From positions 25,792,001-25,856,000 of the forward strand of contig NC_043001.1 of assembly GCF_006345805.1 (NCBI RefSeq): a stretch of 64,000 nt of DNA. The letters run 5' to 3'. Origin of the DNA: Octopus sinensis (taxonomy: Eukaryota). The notes beneath the pieces are model-generated. The model made no database searches. It saw nothing but the letters and a program-made list of their open reading frames with translations, and was not told the DNA's origin. Positions within the stretch are counted from its first letter, which is position 1, and every line of letters begins with the position of its first letter. Both the position numbers and the translations under genes were made by a program. Below, one piece after another: positions 24,706-38,679 of the stretch.

Positions 24706-25809
24706 ACAGTTCCAAAGGTCTGTCATATTTCTCACCATCAACATGAAAAGAGAGATCGAGTGGATGTCACTGTTTCTAGTTTAGTAACCATCATTAAAAA
24801 TTACCAATGCCCAAATGGGTACTGAAAAATTCTTGGCTTCAGGGGTATTCTAAAAGGCCTGGTTGGGGGCTCAACCTTCCAAATTTTTTTTTACAGGGTT
24901 TAGAAAAACTGAAGGACCACATGTGAATCTGAGAGGGGAATACGTTCAATAAAATCATAATTAACTGATCCTCCTGTATTTTCTTTTATCCAAACCCAGG
25001 AAATTTTCAGCACCCCTTATGCCAGCAGTGTTTATTTTTCATACAAATGATTACTGTGAGCCATACCAAAGATATGAGACAGTTCCAAAGGTCTGTCATA
25101 TTTCTCACCATCAACATGAAAAGAGAGATCGAGTGGATGTCACTGTTTCTAGTTTAGTAACCATCATTAAAAATTACCAAGCCCAAATGGGTACTGAAAA
25201 ATTCTTGGCTTCAGGGGTATTCTAAAAGGCCTGGTTGGGGGCTCAACCTTCCAAGTTTTTTTACAGGGTTAGAAAAACTGAAGGACCACATGTGAATCTG
25301 AGAGGGGAATACGTTCAATAAAATCATAATAACTGATCCTCCTGTATTTTCTTTTATCCAAACCCAGGAAATTTTCAGCACCCCTTATGCCAGCAGTGTT
25401 TATTTTTCATACAAATGATTACTGTGAGCCATACCAAAGATATGAGACAGTTCCAAAGGTCTGTCATATTTCTCACCATCAACATGAAAAGAGAGATCGA
25501 GTGGATGTCACTGTTTCTAGTTTAGTAACCATCATTAAAAATTACCAATGCCCAAATGGGTACTGAAAAATTCTTGGCTTCAGGGGTATTCTAAAAGGCC
25601 TGGTTGGGGGCTCAACCTTCCAAGTTTTTTTTGCAGGGTTTAGAAAAACTGACCACATGTGAATCTGAGAGGGGAATACGTTCAATAAAATCATAATTAA
25701 CTGATCCTCCTGTATTTTCTTTTATCCAAACCCAGGAAATTTTCAGCACCCCTTATGCCAGCAGTGTTTATTTTTCATACAAATGATTACTGTGAGCCAT
25801 ACCAAAGAT
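24706..25809 (+). repeat. Three tandem ~370-bp units, each containing a ~200-bp mariner-derived MITE
   Basis: Units start at 24706, 25079 and 25447; inverted termini GGGTACTGAAAAATTCTTGGC and CCAGGAAATTTTCAGCACCCC in every unit. Confidence 0.9.
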
Positions 25810-27063
25810 TTTAGATGAATATTCTTTATTTAAAAACACTGTGAAATTGTATTTATAGCAACGGTAGTTATGCTTATAACTAATTCATATATTCTAAGTA
25901 TTTAACTCTCATAGGATGCATAGAAAAACATGTAAAGGCTGATAGATAATTAGAAAATCACAAAGACGATGTTCTTATCTGGAGCTATCTTCCAGAACAT
26001 GCTTAAAGAATGGAAAGAACTTGAGTGTAAGAGAGTAGTAAATATAAGTAAAACAGAACTCAAGAAAAAAGGAAAATTTAGATCTTTTATCTTTTACTTG
26101 CTTCAGTCATTAGACTGTGGCCATGCTGGGGCACATTTAGAAATAGAAAATAAAGATAAAAATAAACTTCAAACAAAATAAATTGTGGAAAGTGTAAGAA
26201 AAAGAACAAAAAGATGATTAAAGAAATTATACTGTGAGAAAGACGCATAGCATGACCGCAACCAAATGACTGAAATAAAAGAATGATAAATAATAAATGA
26301 GATGAGTAGCTATAGTTACCACTGCTTTGGTTACATCATATTAGTTGATTAGTCTTAGATGTTCTCTGATTGGGCTGTTTTATGGTCAATGGCATTCCAT
26401 CCATAACCATTTTGACCTAATACATTTAGAATTATATTATCCGGCGTGTCCTTCCAGTTTAACAACAAAGGGTGTGATGTGAATAAAATTTGACCGCTAT
26501 TTTAAACAGGTTAAGCAAACACTGATGTAGTTATAAGTCTTTCACCTAGTTAGAGAAAGAGAGAGAGAGATTTACAAATGGAAGGATAACAATCTTCCCA
26601 TTGTTAGAAAGAAAGAATAAGTTTGATTCCAGCCCAATTCCATAAAATTATCATCATCCTTTGATGGTGGTGGAACAACCAATCCCTACCAGTCAGGATT
26701 CACAGAACAGGTTGTACAGTTCATTCTTTTCTTTGCTAAATACAAAACGTGGCTTGCAAGATCTCCATTCAGGTGGTTTTCCCTCAGTCACCATCTCACC
26801 TTTGTGTGCCGATCCATCACCAGGTCAAACTTTTACAGGTGAGTGGACTGGGGCAGTGTGAAATGAGGTGTTTTCCTCAAAAACACAACACATAACCAGT
26901 TTGGAAATCAAAACCACAATTTTGTGATTATGAGTGCAACACTGTGACCACTAAGTCATAGGCCTTCATTAAGCCCCATAAAAAAAAAAAAAACACCATT
27001 TCTTTTGATATCAGGAATAAATTAGTGCAGTTTGTTTCTAGAAGAGCAGGAAATATATACTCT

Positions 27064-27457
27064 CTCTTTTACTCTTTTACTTGTTTCAGTCATTTGACTG
27101 CGGCCATGCTGGAGCACCACCTTTAATCGAGCAACTCGACCCGGGACTTATTCTTTGTAAGCCCAGTACTTATTCTATCGGTCTCTTTTGCCGAACCGCT
27201 AAGTGGCGGGGACATAAACACACCAGTATCGGTTGTCAAGCAATACTAGGGGGACAAACACAGACACACATATATATATATATACATATATATGACGGGC
27301 TTCTTTCAGTTTCCGTCTACCAAATCCACCCACAAGGCTTTGGTCGGCCCGAGGTTATAGTAGAAGACACTTGCCCAAGGTGCCACGCAGTGGGACTGAA
27401 CCCGGGACCATGTGGTTGGTAAGCAAGTTACTTACCACACAGCCACTCCTGCGCCTA
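27064..27457 (-). mobile_element. SINE family A
   Basis: Reverse complement of the family A pattern. Confidence 0.85.
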
Positions 27458-27758
27458 TATAAATATTATTCTTGGAGTTTACATTAGTGATTTGTGAATT
27501 AATTCAGTTTATATAGTTAGATTCAATCTTAAATTGAAAATTCAAGAAAACTCAGAGATTGCTGCAACCAGATAAAGATCAAAAGTGTCTGAAGTGTTGT
27601 AAGCTGTATTCCCAATTTAGATTCCGAACATAAGGGTGGAATCTACCAGTAATGATTTGGACAACAGAAAATCAGGGCACAAAAATATGTCATCAAACAA
27701 ATCTCTTGCAACAATTTGGTGGCTACAAAGAGGTTGATCTGGCAGAATTGTTACTGTG

Positions 27759-28238
27759 GCAGCGAGCTGGCAGAAGTATTAGCATGCTGGGCAAAATGCT
27801 TAGCAGTATTTTGTCTGCTGTTACGTTCTGAGTTCAAATTCCACCGAGGTCGACTTTGCCTTTCATCCTTTCGGGGTCGATAAATTAAGTACCAGTTACA
27901 CACTGGGGTTGATGTAATCGACTTAATCCGTTTGTCTGTCCTTGTTTGTTCCCTCTATGTTTAGCCCCTTGTGGGCAATAAAGAAATAAGAATTGTTACT
28001 GTGTTAAGGCGGCGAGCTGGCAGAAATGTTAGCATGCCGGGTGAAATGCTTAGCAATATTTTACCCTTCTTTACATTCCGAGTTCAAATTCCACCGAGGT
28101 CAACTTTGCCTTACATCCTTTTGGGGTCAATCAATTGAGTACTAGTTAAGCACTGGGGTCGATGTAATCGACTTAATCCCTTTGTCTGTCTTTGTTTGTT
28201 CCCTCTATGTTTAGTCCCTTGTGGGCAATAAAGAAATA
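27759..28238 (+). mobile_element. Two head-to-tail family B SINEs (27759-27988, 28004-28238)
   Basis: Separated and flanked by three copies of AGAAT(T/C)GTTACTGTG at 27744, 27989 and 28239. Confidence 0.9.
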
Positions 28239-28526
28239 AGAATCGTTACTGTGCTAGACAAAGTGCTTAGTGACATTTCTTCTGAGTTCAAATTCCACTA
28301 AGGGTGATTCTGGTTTTCATCCTTTAGGGATTGAAAAAATAAATACTAGTTGAGCACTGGGATTGATGCAATCAACTTTCTACTCCTCTCAAAATTGCTG
28401 GCCTTGTACCAAAATAAAGAATTAGGTGGCTACAATAATCACTAGAAGGACTAAAGAATCTTGAGATGTTATTCTGCAGCAATGGCAAAATGCACCAAAA
28501 TGTCATGTCATGTAAACAACCACATG

Positions 28527-29006
28527 TAGGCATAGGAGTGGCTGTGTAGTAAGTAGCTTGTTTACAAACTACATGGTCCTGGGTTCAGTCCCACTGCGTG
28601 GCACCTTAGGCAAGTGTTTTCTACTATAGCCTTGGGCCGACCAAAGCCTTGTGAGTGGATTTGGTAGACGGAAACTGAAAGAAGCCCGTCATATATATGT
28701 GTATATATATATGTATAAAAAATATATACAAAAATACAAAATGGGACAAGAACCCATATGTATGTATGTATGTATGTATGTGTGTATGTATGTATATGTT
28801 TGTGTGTCTGTGTTTGTCCCGCCAACATCGCTTGACAACCAATGCTGGTGTGTTTACGTCCCCGTAACTTAGCAGTTCGGCAAAAGAGACTGATAGAATA
28901 AGTACTAGGCTTCCAAAGAATAAGTCCTGGGGTTGATTTCCTCAACTAAAGGCAGTGCTCCAGCATGGCCACAGTCAAATGACTGAAACAAGTAAAAGGG
29001 AGAGTA
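28527..29006 (+). mobile_element. SINE family A
   Basis: Family A head, core and tail with an expanded internal (TATG)n. Confidence 0.85.
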
Positions 29007-29325
29007 ACCTTAAGATTTTTTACTCAATTTGCACTTAGGCGGGTGTTACATTGGATTAAAGAATGCAAATAGAATAACACTAAAATAAATAGCTGTTTGA
29101 TAAGATAGATGTCATTGATTTGTAAATGCTTTTTATCTTTTACACGTTTCGGTCATTGGACTGTGGCCATGTTGGGGTACCACCTTAAAGGGTTTAGTCA
29201 AATAAATTAACCCTTGCACTTATTTTTAAGTTTGGTACTTAACCACTAAATTAAGGGGGTGTAAACAAACCAACACTGGTTTGTTTACACTGGTTGTTAG
29301 GTAGTGGGGAGATAAACACAAGACA

Positions 29326-29530
29326 GTGAGCTGGCAGAAATGTTAGCATGCCAGGTGAAATGCTAAGTGGTATTTCAAATTCTGCCAAGGTCAACTTTGC
29401 CTTTCATTCTTTCGGGCTCAATAAATTAAGTACCAGTTACGTACTGGAGTTGATGTAATCGACTTAATCCCTTTGTCTGTTCTTGTCTGTCTCCTCTACG
29501 TTTAGCCCCCTGTGGGCAATAAAGAAATAA
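29326..29530 (+). mobile_element. SINE family B
   Basis: GAGCTGGCAGAAATGTTAGC ... GTGGGCAATAAAGAAATAA. Confidence 0.8.
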
Positions 29531-29989
29531 GGGGAGATAAACACAAAGACACACGCAACAGGCTCCTACACAGTTTCCATCTACCAAATTCACCCACAAG
29601 ACATTGGTTAGCTCGGTACTATAATAGAAAACATTCACCCAAGGTGCCATGCAGTAGGAATGAACCCAAAGTCACGTGGTTGCAAAACAAGCTATTTAAC
29701 CACACAGCCATGCTTGCATCAATGAATTAAAATGAACAAATGTAAAGTGCAAGCATGGCTATGTGGTTAACAAGTTTGATTTCTCATCTTTAAAAGCTAG
29801 AAAAATTTAAGATTTCATGACAGAATCTTTTATTTATGCCTGTCCTAAAGACACCAGCTATAAATTAATAAATATTGCTTCAGACGGAAAATAAAATTGG
29901 ATTATCTTTGGTTCGGTGGGAAATAACGACAATAATATTTAAATGGTGAAAATATTGATAGAATGCATTACAATCACAACCAACAGATG

Positions 29990-32760
29990 AACAAAATCAC
30001 ATGTCTATGAAGCCTTGTTATAGATTATCTTGATAATGAATGACAATAACCTCATTATCATGAATGGTGACTGCAATGCAGATGTTGGGTGACTCTGATT
30101 TACATAGAGTCTATGGATATGGAATGAGGAAGGATCAAGACACTTGGTTTGAGTTCTGTGATGCAAATGAACACTAACGTTTGTAACCACTAACTTCAAG
30201 AATCCAATCAAACTGGAAGCAAGACAGGCAAAAAAATAAAATAAAATTAAAAAAAAAGTTTTTTTTGTGGCCGTTGCCAGTACCGCCTGACTGACCCTCG
30301 TGCCGGTGGTACATAAAAGCACCCACTACACTCTCTGAGTGGTTGGTGTTAGGAAGAGCATCCAGCTGTAGAAACTCTACCAGATCAAGATTGGAGCCTG
30401 GTGCAGCCATCTGGTTCACCAGTCCTCAGTCAAATCGTCCAACCCATGCTAGCATGGAAAGCAGATGTTAAACGATGATGATGATGACTAAGTCCTTTCC
30501 TGCTGAAGAATGTAACACTTAATATAGACTAGTGATCAGTATACCTCAGAATAAGAGCTAGAGGGAACCAGATGCATCAGACAGTCTGGAGAAGGAAAGT
30601 ATGAAGGCCAAGAGATCTCTCAGCCAGCTTAAGTTCAAAGAATTATAAATTCATGCATTTGTGGCAGAAAAGAGAAAGAGACTTATAGAGGACAACTGGA
30701 AGCTTTTACACAACAACCTGCAAGACACAGACCATATATGTGGATTGAGCAAAGCTCCAGGCAGATGGAAGATGACATGGTAGTATAAAAAGTTAAAAGA
30801 TATGCCTGGAAAATGGGATCAACAAACAACACTATGAAGCTGGAAGAGAGTTAGATGTCAAATATATATAGCAAGGAAAGACACTAAAATAGGAGATTTG
30901 TCAATGTTCTGCAGCATGAGGATTGAAGATGTAAGGTATTCTGAATGGTAAATAGTGAGTCACTGTGAATCAAATTATTGGGTAAAAAAAAGTACACATG
31001 CTCTCAGTAACTCTGAGAAGAAAGGGGCATGGGAATGTTATTATGAGATGTGGCTGAACAAGAAAAATGCATGGGAGAAAGAGAAAGACTACCTTCAAGT
31101 AGATTCAACACAAAGACCTGCTACTGAAGTAAACGGTTGTATGGATGAAAGTACAACAAGGATATGAAGACAGAGAAAGCAGCTGGACTATCAGGAATAG
31201 TCAATGAGATGCTGAAGATAGCTTGTGAATTAGGACACAAGAGTCATTTACATAAACAATAAGGTAGAAGAAAGTGGTTTCATACTCAATGGTTTGTATA
31301 CAACAGGATAATGATCAACTGCTGCAAGATACTAGTACAAAAAAGAAAAAAAAAGCCACAACAGAAAATTTTGTTGGTGGACCATGTTATGTAAGTAACA
31401 AAGAGTTATAGCACAACTAATTAGGAACAGAATTAGCTCAGATGATGTCCTCTCCCTAGAGAAACAACCACATGAGAAATGAGCTAAGAGCAGTCTATTG
31501 TTAACCGTTCATGCAAGTCATGTATAGTGATACCATCAGTAAGATAAGAGTCAGCAATGAGTTCAATGAGCAATTTAGAATAAGTGTTCATGAGGGTTCA
31601 ATTCCACCATCTTCCTATTAATTACAGTTCATCAAGTCCATAACAGAAGAGATTAACCCTTTTGTTACCAACCCGGCTGAAAACGGCTTTGGCTCTGAGT
31701 ACAAATGTCTTGTTTTCATAAGTTTTGAATTAAAATCTTCCAATAAACCTTAGTCACAATTTATGTTCCTAACACTAGCTGAATGATAACTAACTTATTT
31801 TACTAAATTCTTTGTTACATTTAAAGTAATTGAAAGAAAACACGAAGCATCTCAAAATAAATACAGTAACAAAAGGGTTAAACCAACTGTCATAAGGACA
31901 CTGGTATACCAATGACTTAGTTTTCATTGCAAAATCGTGAGAAAAATTGGAGAAGAAATTCTAAATGCGAAAGAAACTCTTATAAACTAAGAAGCTTCAA
32001 AATATATCTAAGAAAGACAAAAGTTTTAATTAGCAATAAAGAAGACAAGACTCAGTTGTCATCAAAGAGAGGCCATGCTCATTATGCTTTTTCAATTTAC
32101 TGAGCATGGTCTCCCTCTGGTAATATTACCTTCAAATTTTGGCACAAGGCCAGTAAATTCAGGGAAGAGAGTAAGTCGATTACATAGACTTACTGGTACT
32201 TAACTTGTACTTATTTTATCAACTCTGAAAGGATGAAAGGCAAAGTTAACCCCAGTGGTATTTGAACTGAGAAACGGAAAGCAGAAGAAATGTTGCTAAG
32301 CATTTTGTCTGATGTGGTGGCAACCCTACCAAGGTAGCAACTTTGTACAGGGTACCAAATGTAAACTGTAGGTGCACAAGAGGTTTCATGGGGTCACCAA
32401 CAGATTCACAGAGAAGGAAAACTTTACATGTAGGTGATTTACAGGAGCTGTCAGCAATAAGAGCATCCATGAAATTAATTATTTCAAATACTCAGAAGAC
32501 CTTCTAGAAGTAGTAGATAGCTTATGTGACCTAGATGATCTAATTAGCAATAGAAATGAGTGTTCCAAAAACATAGTAGTCAAGGAGGAAAAAGTTCAGG
32601 GAGCTAGTAATTCTGCTTGCAACTAGGCATTCTCTGTTGGAGTGAAGGGAAGATTGTATGATGATTGGGTCTTGTGTGATGTTGTGTGATAGTGAAACAT
32701 TAGGAAACGGATGCGGAGTATGCGTGAAAGCTAGAAGGAATGAAGTAGGCATATTCTACT
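29990..32760 (+). mobile_element. Old, heavily decayed near-full RTE LINE (APE + RT) with nested insertions
   Basis: IIMNGDCNADVG, EFCDANE..NFKNP and KSFPAEEC (APE region); RT-like remnants to ~32750; interrupted at 30255-30488, 31657-31877 and ~32130-32330. Confidence 0.65.
31657..31877. mobile_element. piggyBac-type MITE
   Basis: TTAA-CCCTTTTGTTAC ... GTAACAAAAGGG-TTAA: perfect 12-bp TIR and TTAA TSD. Confidence 0.9.
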
Positions 32761-32802
32761 GCCACCACCACCACCACCACCACTACCACCACCACCACCA
32801 CC

Positions 32803-32834
<32 letters not shown>

Positions 32835-32845
32835 CAACAACAACA
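32760..32845. repeat. (CAC)n(CAA)n trinucleotide microsatellite
   Basis: Direct reading. Confidence 0.95.
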
Positions 32846-33275
32846 CAACACCACCACCTGTGAACAAACCCGGGTATAAGAGAAATTAATGTTGTGTACA
32901 AGAGAGAAGACAGCACTGGTATGGACATGTGATACATACTGGTCCATGACAAAATACACTCTGTATACACTGCAATGGGGTGGGTATTTAGCTACAGAAA
33001 ATGAGTGTTTCAGTGAGATATGGTACTGCAACCTACATAGGAGGTAGTGACTCTGAATAAGAGCTGACTCAGACCATGACGACATGCTTACATCAATCTA
33101 CTTGTTTGTAAATTCATCAGCCATCTTATTGCTCAGCTATCAATCTACATACATATGAGCACACACATGTGCATGTCTGTATATACACACACACACAAAT
33201 TGACATACATCCATTCATATAATGAAAAACAAAACGAGGTAAAAAAAAAAAATCAAAATATAACAGTGCAATACA

Positions 33276-33671
33276 TCTTTATATATAAAAGTGAAGTTGT
33301 GTGTCTGTCTCCTACGATTTAGATTCCTAACTACTCCCACCTTTTGTGGTGCATTTTAACCAAAACTGGGTATCTTATAGTCGTGATTCATATCGAGCCC
33401 TTCTGGGTATTAGCGCACGTCTACGATGAGTCTACGATTTAAAAAATAATTTACCATCATTTTTTTCCATTTTAATGCATTTTTTCGCTATTATATAAGG
33501 GAAGTAACTCTCTAAAAATGTCTACGATGAGTCAACGATTTAAAAAAAATTTACCATCATTTTTTTCCCATTTTTAATGCATTTTTTGCTATTTTTTGGC
33601 TATAACTCTCTAAAAATGCTTATATAGTTATTTCCCTTACAAACCCGAGCAACGCCGGGCGATACTGCTAG
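33276..33671 (+). mobile_element. Non-autonomous Helitron
   Basis: A|TC start, subterminal hairpin CCCGAGCAACGCCGGG, CTAG|T end, no TSD. Confidence 0.85.
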
Positions 33672-34261
33672 TAAAAAATAAACAAAAACATTATATTGAC
33701 ATACATCCATTCATATAATGAAAAACAAAACGAGGTAAAAAAAAATCAAAATATAACAGTGCAATACATAAAAAATAAACAAAAACATTATAAAGTCAAT
33801 ATATACAAAAATATATATCATATAATGAAATATAATAAATTTAGTATGTAACATAAAATACAACATACATCTCCATTTTTTTTTAATCTCTTGATCTGTT
33901 TTCTCTCCTCATTCCTTTCTGTAAAAGACCGTAAGCTCGAAATGTCAAAGACTCTTCCATTTTTCCTAAGCATCAAACTATAACACCATGTTTGTTGTTG
34001 TCTCACTTGTCTCTGTCTTTTGTTTATTGTACAGTTTTGAACCACACACACATACACACACATATATAAGGAGAGGAGAGAGAGAGAGAGAAAGAGAGAA
34101 TAGGTGAGAGCTAAATATGCTAAGTATAGAAAATACATAGCAGTGTTCAAGTAGATTTGAACTTAAACTCTTCATCCAGGACTAGGTTCACATATAGACA
34201 CAAATATCTATATGTAGATATACGTGTCCATATGTATCTCTCTATTTCTCCCTTTCTCTCA

Positions 34262-34289
<28 letters not shown>

Positions 34290-34343
<54 letters not shown>

Positions 34344-34347
34344 TATA

Positions 34348-34412
<65 letters not shown>

Positions 34413-34413
34413 C

Positions 34414-34462
<49 letters not shown>

Positions 34463-34469
34463 CATATAT

Positions 34470-34505
<36 letters not shown>
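34290..34505. repeat. Imperfect (TA)n microsatellite (others at ~7150, 38630, 48770, 55150, 62280)
   Basis: Direct reading. Confidence 0.95.
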
Positions 34506-34508
<3 letters not shown>

Positions 34509-34509
34509 C

Positions 34510-35640
34510 ACAACATTGCTGGTGTCACATAAAAAAAGAATCCATTACACTCTTGGAGTGGTTGGTATTAGGAAGGGCATCCAACTGTAGAAACCATGCC
34601 AAATCAGACTGGAACTTGGTGCAGCTCTCTGGCTTACCAGTTCCAGTTAAACTGTCTAACCCATGCCAGCAAGGAAAACAGATGTTAAATGACAATGATT
34701 GCAGAATCTTTAGACACTAAATGATGATTCTTATTGCAGAATCTTTAGTAGAATTGGAGAAGATATTCCAGGCATGGAAACAAAACTTTGATCAAAGAGT
34801 ATTAAAGTTAACCTAAAGTTGTTGTTAGCAAGAAAGAAGATAAAACTATCCATCAGGTAAATGGCCCTGCTCAATATGTAGGAAAGGAGTTGGAAGAAAT
34901 TCCATTTGCTGCACCCAGTGTAACTATGGATACATAAGAGGTGCAGTGGAATCACAAGTAGATTAACAGATAAAGTCGTCTTTGTATGTGGCAGATGTGC
35001 AGGAACAATAAGCACTAAAAGCACATGGGCCTTAGATTCTCTCAAATGCCCAGGAGGCTCTCTTGAGGTTGTAGAGAATTTCTGTTACCTAGGTGACCAA
35101 ATTAGCAATGGTGGAGGATGTTCTGAAAGTATTGTTTCTAGAATAAAAATAGGGTGGAAGAAGTTCAGAGAGCTATTACCCCAGTTGGCAACAAAAGGAC
35201 TCTCTCTCAGAGAGAAAGGTAGACTGTATGATGCTTTGTGTGAACAGCTATACCCCATGGTAGTGAGACATGGGCTCTGAATGCAGAAGACATGTGTAGA
35301 CTAGAGAGAAATGAAGGCAGTATGCTCCGTTGGATGTGGAACATCAGTGTGCATGTACATCACAGTGCAAATGTATTGAGAAAAAACAGGAATAAATGTA
35401 GCATGCAAGAGAAGACAACATTGGTTTGGACATGTGATGCATATGAATGAGGACAGCTGCAGAAAAAGTGCTGATCATTGAAAGTGGATGGTACCCGCAG
35501 AAGAGGGAGACCCAGAAAGACATGGGGTGAAATAGTAAAGACTGATCTCAGGGTGCTGGGCCTCACAGAGGAAAAAACAATGGACTGAGATGTCTAGCAA
35601 TATGAGGTTCGTGAGAAGGTACACCCACATCTAGCAAAAC
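34510..35640 (+). mobile_element. RTE tail (34510-34700) followed by a decayed RTE 3' half (34750-35640)
   Basis: KVNL..TKV, PCSICRKG, HKRCSG and GSETWAL-like remnants. Confidence 0.75.
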
Positions 35641-36074
35641 TGAGTTCTAGAAGTGCTGTGTTCCACCCACACAGTAACAAGAAAACTTTTCACACACTTT
35701 TCCCAACAACCCAAACTATATCTCTACATCTCTTTTCTTCCTCACATTTCCTCTTTCATGAACTATGCTTACTTCCCACTCCCCAATCTTGTCCCCTTGG
35801 CCCTGTTTCACTCCTGACCTATGTGTTCCACCCACACAAGAAAACTTTTCACACACCCTAACCCAATAAACCAATCTACATCTCTTCTCTTCCTCACATT
35901 TCCTCCTTCATGCACTATGGTTACCTATCACTCCTCACAGTTCTGTTTCTCTGTATCATTGCTATCCGGTAGTCCAACACTTCTATATACCCAGGTTTTC
36001 ACCACTCAATGCATTCCCCTTCCCCACTCTCTACTTACGCTTCTTTGGTGATGTCCTGCCACTTATATTATGAC

Positions 36075-36240
36075 CGTATTTCGTCTGCCATTATGTTCTG
36101 AGTTCAAATTCCACTGAGGTCAACTTTGCCTTTCATCCTTTTGGGGTCAATAAATCAAGTACCAGCTACGCACTGGGGTCGATGCAATCGACTTAATGTT
36201 TGTCTGTCCTTGTTTGTCCCCTTGTGGGTAATAAAGAAAC
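36075..36240 (+). mobile_element. SINE family B, 5'-truncated
   Basis: GTTCTGAGTTCAAATTCC...GTGGGTAATAAAGAAA. Confidence 0.75.
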
Positions 36241-36644
36241 ATATATTATGACCTTCGAACCACAAGGGTGTGTCCTGGCACTTGCCATCATCTATTTCTC
36301 TCATCTTTTCCATGACCATCCCATTTATATCATGATCCCCATCCCTTGTGAGTATGCCCAGCACTTTGCTACCATATCTATCCTGCTGCCTCCCACTCTC
36401 TCTCTCGTTCTCCTGCTCTTCCCTTAGGTTGGGTAAACATGTATCTCCTTTACAGCAGCACACCTGTTTCTGTCCTCATTCCTGATCTCTCTGGCCGGGT
36501 AACCTTATACCTCCTCTACAACAAGACACCTGTTTCTGTCTCTCTGTCTCACTATAACCTTGCATCATCTGACACAAGATCACCTCCTCCAGTGCCCCTC
36601 CCCTCTCAAAAGATTTTTGTCTTACAAGTTACTTGGTGACTCTG

Positions 36645-36908
36645 TCAGTGCAGGGGTCACTTAAAAAGCATCCAGTCCATACTATAAAGTGGTTAGCACT
36701 TGGAAGGACATCCAGCTGTAAAAACCTTGCATGTACTTGTGCCACATAAAAAGCACTCAGGCCCCTCTGCTGGATGGTTGCTGTTAGGAAGGACATCTAA
36801 CCATAAAAACCCTGCCAAAATAGACACAGAAGTCATGTGCAGGCTTCCGCCTGGCTGGCTCCTGTTGAACCATCCCACCCATGCCAGCATTGAAAGCAGA
36901 TGTTAAAC

Positions 36909-36941
<33 letters not shown>

Positions 36942-38623
36942 ATATCCATGATATAGTTAGCAGTGGGAGAGTGATATGATTAGGTAAGCTGCAGCACCAG
37001 AGCAGAGAAGAGAGGGAGGCATCCACTACCACTCATCTCTTATCTTGTGGTGCCACCTGGACACTTCATCACCATTATTTATCTCCTTGGGTTACCACAT
37101 TATTCTCACTCTTTCTCCTAAATGTGAGTAGACATGTAGCTCTTCTACAACATGAATCTGTTCAACCCCAACTTCTTCTTTCACTCTCATACCTATTTCT
37201 TTACTACCCACAAGAGGCTAAACACAGAGAGGACAAACAAGGACAGACAAACAGATTAAGTCGATTATATCAACCCCAGTGGTACTTAATTTATCGACCC
37301 CAAAACGATGAAAGGCACAGTCTTCCAACCCCTATCAAACATAAGGATGTCCACCACTGTCACCATCACTGCTGCTGCCGCCGCCACCACCATTCCTTGG
37401 GTTTTGTAGGTTTGAAAGATGCACGGTGACCTCAATAGTGTTGGTGGCATGAAAAAGCACCCAGAATACAATGATAGACAATAGGAAGGACATTCAGCCA
37501 CAAAAACTATGCCATAGCAGACATTGGAACACAACGCAATCTTTGGACCCATTAGATCAAACTGTCCAACCCATGCCAGCATAGAACATGGATGTTGTAC
37601 ATATATATATCATCATCATCGTTTAACGTCCGTTCTCCATGCTAGCATGGGTTGGACGGTTCGACCGGGGATCTGGGAAGCCAGAAGGCTGCACCAGGCT
37701 CCAGTCTTATCTGGCAATGTTTCTACAGCTGGATGCCCTTCCTAACGCCATATATATATATATATAAGTATATATATTTGTGTGTGTGTGTGTACATGCA
37801 CGTCTGTAAATTTCATGTACATATAAAGAATCATATACACATACATATAGGTAAATATTAAATGGACACACAGATAAAAATGCAAATAGATGGATACAAC
37901 AGGTGAAAGCTAGATATGCTCAGTATAGGAAACATGTAGAAAAAGGACAGATTAAAATAAATAGATGCAGACAGATACTTAGATAATCAAACAGACATGC
38001 ACATATATATATATGCAGATAAATTACAGAGAAAAGGATATAATGAGGAAAAAAAATTGTCTGAACTACAGAGAGTAGATTGAGTTCTGGTTCAAGCAGG
38101 AAATAAATGTCAATGAGTTTGTGTGTATGTGTGCACGTGCATTCACACATACATGCATATGCACTTTTGTCCATTTCTGATGACATATACATGTCACACA
38201 GAAACACTTTATTTTATCATACCTCAGAAATCAGCTGTGATTCATGACATTCATGAAACTAAGTAGTAATTTCAGCACCATGGTAAATATTTGCACTCTA
38301 CTTCCAATATTGAGTATGTATGCATATAGAGTAGGTGTTTATACCGGAGGGAAATGGCCCAGATTTTAGAGCTCAATTTTTAATGTTGCATTAAACTCTA
38401 GTATTTCATTGCTTCAGAAGCAGGTATGGCATTGCATAAAATTTATAACTGGTTATAAAGGATAGTGAGAGCAAACAATATCAGAAAACAGAAATGTAAA
38501 AATATTTAAGTATCAATATTCTTCTTTACCCATTTCAACAGCAATGACACATACCTGTATGTATATGAAACTTACTGGTGTGCACTTACACACACACATG
38601 CACACACACACACACACACATAC

Positions 38624-38679
<56 letters not shown>

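Noticed and set aside
26771-26842. AG...CAG|GTGAGT 66-nt exon-like segment
   Set aside because: The donor appears to arise from a point change in a SINE motif (CAGCTGAGT), and there is no independent coding evidence.
32658-33085. ORFs with poly-His/Gln/Val/Gly/Cys/Trp runs
   Set aside because: They are translations of the (CAC)n(CAA)n microsatellite.
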